Source of the DNA: Lama guanicoe
Lineage: Eukaryota
DNA length: 64,000 nucleotides
Direction: 5' to 3'
NCBI GenBank assembly: GCA_013239625.1
Contig: MU053557.1
Coordinates: forward strand, 2,944,123-3,008,122
Shown here: positions 51,805 through 62,168 of the stretch, piece by piece
Layout of the letters: each line of letters begins with the position of its first letter
Position numbering within the stretch: position 1 is the first letter of the stretch
Translations under genes and position numbers: made by a program
Notes under the pieces: generated by a model
What the model saw: only the letters and a program-made list of their open reading frames with translations
Told to the model about the DNA's origin: nothing
Database searches by the model: none

Positions 51805-52065
51805 AGTCTTTTATTTATTCAATATATATTTTCTAAGGATCTGAGTGCCTGTTCTGTAACAGGCATTGTGACGGATCTTGGAGTTCACTGAATAAGAAGT
51901 TACAACCCTATCACAAGAAACTCAGTGCCTGATGGAAAAAGGAAATGTCAACAGCTCATGGTAGATGTTAAGCCAGAAGCCTGCAGAGAGGCCTATGGAG
52001 GTGGGTACTTAATCCTGTCTGGGGTGGCTATTCTTATACCCTAGAGGTTCTGCAGGAGGAAACAG
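51805..52065 (-). mobile_element. L2 3'-end fragment
   Basis: 'tttattcaatatatattttc...gagtgcctgttctgtaacaggcattgtg'. Confidence 0.55.
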
Positions 52066-52594
52066 CAATGCATCTACAAAAATGGGTAGTAGTTAGACTA
52101 ATAAAGAAGGAGACGTCCCAGTGAGAAGGCGCGTCCTGGGCCAAGGCACGGACACAGGAAGGAGCAGATGTGTGGAAGACCAACAAGCAGCTTCATGCTC
52201 TTGCTCAATCAAGCATGAGACAGAGAACGGCAGATTTCTGAAGCTCCAAGGTAACGCTGTTGTGAAGACTGTGTCAGTTTTCAAGCATGGGAGTCTGGAA
52301 ATCTCTGACTAACTGGAAATCTAGTTAATTACCAAAAGCATTCAGGGAACAATTGTAGAAAATCAGACTCGAGGGAATTTTAAAAATTATTATGCAGCCA
52401 TTTATCCAAGCCAAGTGGAATTTGCTGCTAAAAAAAATATCTAGTCTAAGCTCTACATTTTCTCACTTGGGAGGCTCTAAGAACAATTTCTTCAAAGATC
52501 CTCAAGACCATGGTATCATACAAGACAACATGATAATTCTGTCTATCCCAGAAAGTTGCTGGAAAGATCACAAATGATGCATAAGCAGAACTTC

Positions 52595-53112
52595 CTTTTG
52601 TGGACACTGGTTACTTTTGTCTAGCTAGTATTTTTTGGCCATTTTTAACGATAAGACAACACTTCTTTTTCCTTCTTTCTTGGAGATCTGACCTTCCTTA
52701 CTTTACTCCGTGTGTGAGCATGTGACACTGGTCCAACCAATGAGAGCACTGTTTAGCCATGTCCACATTAAACAAGGCAATGACCAGGGATATCTGCCTG
52801 GTTCAATCAGAATAAATCCTATGATTTGTAGAAAATCTGAAAACGACAAGCTTTCTTTCCAATCAAGCTGCTGAGTCAGTACAGTTCAAATCAAAAACCA
52901 CTCAAGGGCCACAACACGCAAAGAAATGATCAAGAAGGAAGACCAGAGAGGAAAACAGAGCAGAGCCGAGAGACAGGTAACTGATGATAAGATGTGAATG
53001 CCTGGCTACAGCTGTCTTTAAAATAGAAATACATCTTGTGGATGTTATTTAAGTTTCATTTTTTAAGTGAGTTTTACTCTTGTTTCCATATTTTGCAACT
53101 AAGAGAGTCCTA
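52595..53112 (+). mobile_element. Old MaLR LTR (MLT1-type)
   Basis: 'gagcatgtgacactggtccaaccaatgagagc'; terminus 'ttgcaactaagagagtcct'. Confidence 0.5.
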
Positions 53113-53967
53113 CTTTATAAAGTCCCATGTGTAATTTATAGTAATACAATAGCTATAGATCCTATATCTGAATGTATTCTTTACTTTTAATATTACATTC
53201 TCAGATTTTCATTTTCAAAACAACTTCTGAGAGCTACAATTCAGGGAAAATTTACTGGAAACAAGTTAACTGGATATACTACATAGCTGGCAAAATTAAC
53301 TTAGAATCATTATCACCAAGATGTATTCTTTCTTTTTTAACAGCCTTATTCAAATAAAATTTATATATCATCCATTTATCCATTTAAAGTGTACAGTTCA
53401 GTGTGCTTCCAGTGTCATAGCCAAAAAATCATTACCAAACCCAATGTCATGAAGATTTTCCTCTGTATTTTCTTTCAAGATTTACCTATTTTCAGTGCTT
53501 AAGTTTATTTCTGGGATCCATTTAGAGTTTATGTGTGTGTGTGGTATGTGGCAAGGGTCCATTTTCATTCTTTTGCATGTGGCTATCAACTTGTCCCAGT
53601 ATCATTTGTTGAAAAGACTATTCTTTTCCCCATTGAATTGTCTGATCACTCTTGTTGAAAGTCAACCAATTACAAACGTAAGAATTTATTTCTGGATTCT
53701 CAGTTCAATCCCATTGATTTATATCTATCCTTAATCCAGGATCACACAGCTTTGATTACTGTTGCTTTGTAGCAAGTTTTGAAATTGGAAAGTGTAAATC
53801 CTCCAACTTTATTCTTCTTTTTCAACATTATTTTATCTGTTTCTGAATCTCTTTTATTTTTATATGAATTTTAGGATAACTTTGTTAAATTCTGGGGGGA
53901 AAAGGCAGCTAGGATTTTTATAGGGATCGCAGTGAGTCTAGATTAATTGGGAGAGTAGTAACATCTT

Positions 53968-54196
53968 TTTTTTTTATTGAGTTATAGTCAGTTTACGATG
54001 TTGTCGATTTCCAGTGTAGAGCACAATTTTTCAGTTATACATGAACATGCATATATTCACTGTCACATTTTTTTTCGCTGTGAGCTACCACAAGATCCTG
54101 TATGTATTTCCCTGTGCTATACAGTATAATCTTGTTTATCTATTCTACATATCCCTTTCAGTATCTACAAATTTCGAACTCCAGACTGGGAGTTCA
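53968..54196 (-). mobile_element. Young L1 3' tail with fold-back 5' junction
   Basis: Poly-T then antisense 3' UTR. Perfect 16-bp TSD agagtagtaacatctt (53952-53967, 54197-54212). Confidence 0.95.
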
Positions 54197-54525
54197 AGAG
54201 TAGTAACATCTTAATACTATTGTATCTCCTGATCCATGAACATAGGATGTTTTTCTATTTATTTAGATCTTTAATCTCCTTCAACAGCGTTTTAAAGTTT
54301 TCAGTGTACAACTCTTGCACTCCTTTTGTTGACATTATACTTAAATATTTTATTAATTTTGACACTACTGTAAATGATACTATTTTCTTAATTTCACTTA
54401 TGGAATATGCACTGGAATTATAGAAATACAATCAATTTCTGTATATTGATCTTGTAGCCTACAACCTTGCTGAGCTTGTTAATGCTTCTAATAACTTTCT
54501 AGCAGATTCTTCAGAATTTTCTATA

Positions 54526-55339
54526 CAGTAGTCCCCCCTTTTCTGCAGTTTCACTTCCCATAGTTTTAGTTCCCTGCAGTCAACCGCAGTCTGAAAATAT
54601 TAAATGGAAAATTCCAAAAATAATTTATAAGTTTTAAATTGCACACTGTTCTGAGTAGTGTGATGAAATCTTGCACCATCCCACTTCATCCCACCTGGGA
54701 TATGAATCATGCCTTTGTCCAGCATATCTCACTGGTTAGTCACTTAGTTACAATCTAGGTTATCAGATTGTGGTGTCGCATTGCTTCTGTTCAAGTAACC
54801 CTTATTTCACTTAATAATGACCCTAAAGCACAGGAGTGATAATGCTGGCAATTCGGATATGCCAAAGGGAAGCCATAAAGTGCTTTTTTTAAGGGAAAAG
54901 ATGAAAGTTGTTGACTTAATAAGAAAAAAAATGATATGCTGAAGTTGCTAACATGTATGGTAAGAACACTTCTACACAGGAAATAGTAAAGAAGGAAAAA
55001 GAAATCCATGCTAGTTTTGCTTTCCCACCTCAGACTGAAAAAGTAACAATCCCAGTGCATGATAAGCATTAAGATGGAAAATACATTAAATTTGTACGAT
55101 AAGATAGTTTGAGAGAGGTCACAATCATATAACTTTTATTACAGTATATTGTTAGGATTGTTCTGTTTTATTATTGATTATTATTGTTTATCCCTTACTG
55201 TGCCTAATTTATAAATTAAACTTTATCATAGTTACATATGTATAGGAAAAAACAGTATGTATAGGGTTTGGTAGTATCTGCAGTATTATTTGCACTGGGG
55301 GTCTTGGAATGTATCCCCCTGCATAAGGGGGGACTACTG
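54526..55339 (+). mobile_element. MER44/Tigger7-type non-autonomous DNA transposon
   Basis: Perfect 15-bp TIRs CAGTAGTCCCCCCTT / AAGGGGGGACTACTG; TA on the left flank. Confidence 0.9.
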
Positions 55340-55500
55340 TCCACAAGTTTGTGTCATCTGAGATAGACATAGTTTTACTTCTTCCTTTCCGATCTGAATG
55401 TCTCTATTTCTTTTTCTTGCCTAATTGCTTTGAGTAGAATCTCCAAGACAATGATGAACAGAAATTGTGAGAATAGTCATTTTTAACTAGTTTCTGGTCT

Positions 55501-55941
55501 TGTGAAGGAAAAGCCCAGCTGGGCTAACAAGCTAAGTCACAAATCTAAGTGTAACAAGTCTTGGATTACTGATCTGAGTTCCACTGGGCTAACTCGTAAA
55601 TCTAAATTAATAAGTGTCGGTTTGCTGATTCCCTATTCATGCTTTGCTAGCCAGCTGGATTTTCAAAGAGACATATCTGGCCTTGAAATGTCGGTTTGCC
55701 GCCTCACTGCCTCTACTCTTGTGATAATGTTGTTGCTAAAGCTATCGCGTGCCTATTGGCNNNNNNNNNNNNNNNNNNNNNNNNNNNNNNNNNNNTACTT
55801 AACCCAACCTCAGGTGCACGTCTTGGAGGTGCTCAGGGCTTAGGAGCAGAAGCCCCTCTGAGCCCGCTGGCGTAATAAATCTGAGTACTCCAACCCTCCG
55901 AGTGGTGCTTGTTTCTTGGCTGGCCTGTCATTTCCGTAACA
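55501..55941 (+). mobile_element. Young ERV1-type LTR (apparently solo; contains a 35-N gap)
   Basis: TGTGAAGG...CCGTAACA ends, 4-bp TSD GTCT (55497-55500, 55942-55945), AATAAA at 55874-55879, many retained CpGs. Confidence 0.88.
55761..55795. other. Assembly gap
   Basis: Run of N. Confidence 1.
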
Positions 55942-56159
55942 GTCTTAGGAGGAAAGAATTGTCTTCCACCATTAAGCATGATGTTAGCTCTGGGGTTTTT
56001 GTAGATGTCTTTTATCAGAGTGAGGAAGTTCTATTTTATTCCCGGTTTGTTGAGCTTTCTAATCATGAAAGGATATTGGATTTTGCTAAATGCTCTTTCT
56101 GTGTTTAGTGAGTAAGATGTATTTTTGCCAGAATTATTGACTTTAAAAAAAAAAGAAAA

Positions 56160-58860
56160 AAATATTTGGGCATACAGACAATAGACAAAGTCACTATAAA
56201 GGAAATAAAATCAAATCACCATCAGAAGTCTCCATATCAAGGTTTTATGACAGAAGAAAATGGAGTAACATATTTAAGATACTCAAGGAGTAAATGTGAA
56301 CCAAATACTTTATATCCAGCCAAACAAACTTTCAAATATAAAAGCAGAGGACAGAAAGGCACATGACCATCAAAATGTAAGAATTCAGAAAACAATGTTA
56401 CCGTGAGCCCACACAACCTATGACTACAATTAAATTTAAAAATCATAACAAGTCCATTTTAAATAAATTTTAGAAATCATATTTCCAGGGGAAAAAAGCT
56501 TACCAAAACTAATTCTAAAGAAAACAGAAAATGTGAAGAGATTTTACTCATTAAAGAAATTACACTAGTAACTAAAAATTTATCCCTACACACAGAGAAA
56601 ATGTCAGACTTCCAGAAAATAGGAAAAACAGAACAACATAAAACACTTCCAAACTCATTCCACGAAGCTAAGACAAACTTGAGATGAGGACAGTGAGAAC
56701 AAGGAAAATTAACAACTAAGTGAACTTATGAATATAAATGTAAATATCCTAAGAATATATTAGCTCTATATAACCACAGCACTGCATAAAATTACTGCCT
56801 TATTGTGACCAAGTATGTTTTTCCCAGTAATGTAGGAATAGTTTAATACTAGAAAACTGATATATTTCCTAATATTAAGAGATTAAAAGAGAACATAGTT
56901 CATCTCAATAGATGCACCAAATCAGGTATTAAACAAAATTTTATTCAACACCCACTCATGATAAAGCAATTAGCACAGAAAGAATAGAAGGGAACTTCCT
57001 TAATTTGTTTAAGGACATGCCTCTAAATCTATTTTAATAATGCTTAACATTAAAGAGAAGAAACAAAATCCTCATTATTTAGATATGACATGATTATCTA
57101 CATTAAAAACATAATATACAAAATATTTTGTTAATGAAGAGTGTTCAGTTGCATTTCTATTATTTATTATTATTTTATTCCCATTATTTAACTAGAAATA
57201 AGAAATCAGCTAATGTAATTTTTAGTAGTACAATGTACTATTTTAAAAATAGATTTAACAAAAAATATGTAAGATTCCTAAAGAGAAATCATGAAACTTT
57301 ATTAAAAGATTAAATAAGATTTAAATAAATGGAGAAATAATTAAGAATCAACATAGTAAAGATGCCAATTCTTCTAAAATTAATTTATAAATTCATGCCA
57401 CTCAAATTACTAATAGGTTTTCCACAGAATGTTAACAAGCCGGTTTTAAACTTAATGTGTAATGCAAAGGCCCAGGAAGAGCACAGGGAGCTTTAGAGAA
57501 AGCCAAGGTTGAAGATTTTTACCACGAGATATCAAAATTTATTATAAAGCTATCATAATTAAGATAACATGGCACTGTTAGATTTAGATAAATTGACCAA
57601 TGGAACAAAATAGAGAGAGAGCTCAGAACTAGATCCATGCACATGCAGAAACCATCTAAGTCAGAGAAGGGTTGAAGATCAGAGGGAAAATGACAAGCTA
57701 TCTACAAATGGTACTGGGACATATATGGGGAAAAAAACTTACTTCATACTGAACCAAAAATCACTTCTTGGTGTGGAAGGGATCTAAACGTGAAAAGCAA
57801 AAACCTCAAAATGTTGAAAAGAATACTCAAACCCTCAAACCAACTTTCTGACACTGGAGTAAGTGTTCATTAAGTATAAAACGCAAAAAGCATAAATAAA
57901 AAGTAATACACTCAACTATATTAAAATTAACAGCTTCTGTTAATCAAAAGACACCAAAAACAGACACAATACATATCAGAAACCAAAGATTCTGTGAATA
58001 ATATCACAAATGATTAGCACACATGTATACAGATATGTGTGTATCCACCCCCACAGATATATATGTTCTACCTACCTATAAAATAAGTAATAATTAATTT
58101 AAAACACTGATTAAACATACGAAGCCAATGCAACAGAGGAATCTCAAATAGACAAAAAAAAGATGAGATCTGTTCCCTCTCACCCATAATCATAAAAGTG
58201 ATCATTAAAACCACAATGGAAAACCATTCCACACCTGTATGACAGGCAAAAACATTTGAAGAGCTGGGGAAGATTTGAAGAACTAGGATATTTTACATGC
58301 TGATGGGTACAAACTGATACACCCACTTCGGGAACAATTTGACATCTAATTAATTTGAGGCTATTCATACCCTATACCCCTCCAATTCCATTTCTAGCTA
58401 TACAGGGTTACTTTCCCACCTATGAACATGTATAACCATCTCTATCACCTGATGAATGAACAAATAATTTGAGGCATATTTATAAAAATGGAACGTGATA
58501 CAGGAGTAAAAATGACCAGAGTTACAGGTATCAACATAGATGAATCTGAAAAAAATTATATTGAGGAAATAAATAAGGCAAGTTACAGAAAAACCACCAT
58601 CTAACACCACTACGGCAACAATTTAAACTAAGTGAAACAGTACTAAAAGTACTAAAACTACACAAATGTTCCGTAAAAGAACAAAGAGTTCAAGAAGATG
58701 ATAAATCCCAAAATTTGATTTGAAGTTACCTTTGCAGGTATGAAAAGAGATTCAACTGAATTGGTCATGACTTTTTTTTAAGTGGTAGTTGGTCCTTAGT
58801 GTTTGTTATAATATTCTCTGTATGTCCAAAATGTTTCATAATAATTAATAACTTTTAAGA
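56160..58860 (+). mobile_element. Very old L1 (L1ME/L1M5-like): ORF1, ORF2 and 3' UTR remnants
   Basis: A-rich; 'tttatatccagccaaacaaactttcaaatata', 'ttcatctcaatagatgca', 'gatgccaattcttctaaaattaatttataaattca', 'attaaaaccacaatg'. Confidence 0.75.
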
Positions 58861-59655
58861 GAGAAAAAATCTCATACTATCATGGAGAGATGTTTAGAAT
58901 ATATTACAGGTAAACAGAGTGAAATACATACAAATACCCACAATACACAACAACCGTTTAAAATAAAAACTTAATGTTCATGAAAACATAAATGCAAAGT
59001 AAAAGAGTGGAAAGATATATGCTGTAATGTCAAGAGTCCACAGCACTTGTTGGCTTACCGTTGTTTTTAACTTATTTATTTTTGTTCTCTGTTTCATTTT
59101 TTTCTAGTGGGCATAATTAGCTCTTAACGAATCTGTTGGATTAACTGATCAACATTTTTAATGTTACAGTAACAGTAAATCATAACAATCTATGCACTTG
59201 TGCTGAAATGTCTTTAAACTGCAAATATAATCAGAAAAATGCTTCAGAAAAACACGTCTTCATACAATATTTTATTTGACTTCGTGGAGAAAATAACTCT
59301 CAAACAGGACAATGCCCCAATCCTCCATGAGCTTACTGACTAAAAACAAATGACCAAAAAAGTGAAAGAGGCCTATAAATTAGGCATACAAATTCTGCAT
59401 TTGACTTTCAGTGCTTTCTGACATTTTAAACATATAGATGATTTCCACTCTGGCTTCCAGGTTCTGGGGAAGAGCTAGGGCTTTTCCCAACAGTGTGAAA
59501 TAGCTGTCAAACATGCCTTTTTTTGCACTGCCTGTTTCACACCAAATATCCTACTTTCTTTTTCAAACAAGGACAAAGATGGCACCACAGCCTCCCCCCC
59601 GACCATGGGAAATGGATATAATGGAAGCACAGTTTGTGCTGGAGTTTTAACTCAC

Positions 59656-59741
59656 CTCCTTAGTGAAGATGCCTCCTCTCCTCCAAGCAGCCGGTAAGAT
59701 GTGGGTGTGCAGCGACACCATAACTTGCTCTCCAGCCCAGC
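59656..59741 (-). other. Candidate 86-nt spliced exon of an unidentified minus-strand transcript
   Basis: Acceptor TTTTCATTATTTCTGTTTTGTCACAG|G and donor GAG|GTGAGT, in non-repetitive sequence. Confidence 0.3.
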
Positions 59742-59999
59742 CTGTGACAAAACAGAAATAATGAAAATGTTATACGTTTCCCTGCACCATGTGACTCCTA
59801 CGAGAAAAAGGTAGGAGCCTCCCGGGTTATGACGCACGTGGAGGAAAGGGTCCTGGAGATACAGGCACAGCTGTTGGGCTGGTTGGGCATTTTTCAGACA
59901 TTAGGGGGCACTGATCATCAGATCATCCACACCTCTGGTATCAAGGGTCCTTGTTAACACATGTTCAAAACATCACAGCCTCATCTTAGTTGGCACTCA

Positions 60000-60420
60000 C
60001 CTGCACTGGATATTGTGTTACATGCCTTACATTCACCATCTCAATTAATCCTCCTGGAAACTCTAGTCGATTCTATCTTATGAACCTCATGCTGTAGACG
60101 AAGAAACTGAAGCTCAGAGAGAAGTAAAGCAGCTTACCGAGGCCATGACAACTAGTGGATGGTGGAGCTGGGATGGGAACCTAGGTAACCTACCTCGTGC
60201 CTGAGCTCAGCCCCTCTACACACCTGTCCTCAGAACCATTCTGTGAATCCATGCTTTCGCCAATATCATCCCTTTTAATTCTTCTCCTGTAGTCTTTAGT
60301 GGTGGATATTTTAATTCCTGTTTACTGATGAAGTCATGGAGTCTCAGAGATCAAATAACTTGCCCAAACTGTCAAAGCTGTCTGACTTCAAAATCTATGC
60401 ACTGAGCACTAGGTCACAGT
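60000..60420 (-). mobile_element. Two adjacent MIRs
   Basis: 'gtagacgaagaaactgaagctcagagagaagtaaagcagcttaccgagg' and 'tttactgatgaagtcatggagtctcagagatcaaataacttgcccaa'. Confidence 0.75.
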
Positions 60421-60866
60421 CGCTTTCATAGATTCACAACCAAAATACAGTCTTTCTTCTAAGTTCTTCCTCCTCATTTTCTCCATCTACAAAAGGAAGG
60501 GAATCACACTGTCTCCCTTCAAAATCTCAGTGGGTTCAAATGACATTCAAAGAATGTTGAAAAGGATAAAGCATATATAGCTTTTATTATGTTGAGATAT
60601 GTTCCCTCTATACCCACTTCGGCGAGAGTTTTTATCATAAATGGGTGTTGAATTTTATCAAATGCTTTTTCTGCATTGATTGAGATGATCATGTGGCTTT
60701 TGTCCTTTCTCTTGTTGATGTGATGTATTACATTGATTGATTTGTGTATGTTGAACCAGCCTTGTGTCCCTGGGATGAACCCCACTTGATCATGATGTAC
60801 AATCTTTTGTATGTGTTGTTGGATTCTATTTGCTAAAATTTTGGTGAGGATTTTGGCATCTATGTT

Positions 60867-61298
60867 CCTACAGCCAGCATAGTACTCAACAGTGAAAAAC
60901 TCAAAAGCTTCCCACTAAAATCTGGGACAAGACAAGGATGCCCACTATCACCACTTCTATTCAACATAGTCCTGGAAGTCCTAGCCACAGCTATCAGGCA
61001 AGAGAAAGAAATAGAAGGGATCCAAATTGGAAAAGAAGAGGTAAAAGTGTCACTATATGCTGACGACATGTTACTATATATAGAAAACCCTAAAAGGTCC
61101 ACACAAAAGCTACTAGAGCTGATTGAAGAATTCAGCAAGGTAGCAGGTTACAAAGTTAACGTTCAAAAATCAGTTGCATTTCTTTACACTAATGATAAAT
61201 CAACAGAAAAAGAAAGTAAAGAAACAATCCCCTTTAAAATAGCACCCAAAGTAATAAAATATCTGGGAATAAATCTAACCAAGGAGGTGAAAGAATTA
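60867..61298 (+). pseudogene. L1 ORF2 reverse-transcriptase fragment (no start; part of the truncated L1)
   Basis: Open frame [40 protein letters not shown]...[15 protein letters not shown]...[13 protein letters not shown] with QG and YADD motifs. After the gap the CCHC motif [18 protein letters not shown] is followed by an in-frame TAA at 62299-62301. Confidence 0.95.
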
Positions 61299-62168
61299 NN
61301 NNNNNNNNNNNNNNNNNNNNNNNNNNNNNNNNNNNNNNNNNNNNNNNNNNNNNNNNNNNNNNNNNNNNNNNNNNNNNNNNNNNNNNNNNNNNNNNNNNNN
61401 NNNNNNNNNNNNNNNNNNNNNNNNNNNNNNNNNNNNNNNNNNNNNNNNNNNNNNNNNNNNNNNNNNNNNNNNNNNNNNNNNNNNNNNNNNNNNNNNNNNN
61501 NNNNNNNNNNNNNNNNNNNNNNNNNNNNNNNNNNNNNNNNNNNNNNNNNNNNNNNNNNNNNNNNNNNNNNNNNNNNNNNNNNNNNNNNNNNNNNNNNNNN
61601 NNNNNNNNNNNNNNNNNNNNNNNNNNNNNNNNNNNNNNNNNNNNNNNNNNNNNNNNNNNNNNNNNNNNNNNNNNNNNNNNNNNNNNNNNNNNNNNNNNNN
61701 NNNNNNNNNNNNNNNNNNNNNNNNNNNNNNNNNNNNNNNNNNNNNNNNNNNNNNNNNNNNNNNNNNNNNNNNNNNNNNNNNNNNNNNNNNNNNNNNNNNN
61801 NNNNNNNNNNNNNNNNNNNNNNNNNNNNNNNNNNNNNNNNNNNNNNNNNNNNNNNNNNNNNNNNNNNNNNNNNNNNNNNNNNNNNNNNNNNNNNNNNNNN
61901 NNNNNNNNNNNNNNNNNNNNNNNNNNNNNNNNNNNNNNNNNNNNNNNNNNNNNNNNNNNNNNNNNNNNNNNNNNNNNNNNNNNNNNNNNNNNNNNNNNNN
62001 NNNNNNNNNNNNNNNNNNNNNNNNNNNNNNNNNNNNNNNNNNNNNNNNNNNNNNNNNNNNNNNNNNNNNNNNNNNNNNNNNNNNNNNNNNNNNNNNNNNN
62101 NNNNNNNNNNNNNNNNNNNNNNNNNNNNNNNNNNNNNNNNNNNNNNNNNNNNNNNNNNNNNNNNNNNN
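61299..62168. other. Assembly gap inside the L1
   Basis: Run of N. Confidence 1.

Larger units (their letters stand above)
53330..56125 (-). mobile_element. Old L1 (L1MA/MB-like) hosting three nested insertions
   Basis: Antisense L1: 'catttaaagtgtacagttca', 'ccaatgtcatgaagattttcc', 'catttgttgaaaagactattc'; colinear across the inserts ('tctggtct|taggaggaaag'). Confidence 0.88.

Noticed and set aside
53330..58860. Opposed L1 blocks as one 5'-inverted element
   Set aside because: Each has its own 3' end pointing outward, they differ in apparent age, and no shared TSD is visible.
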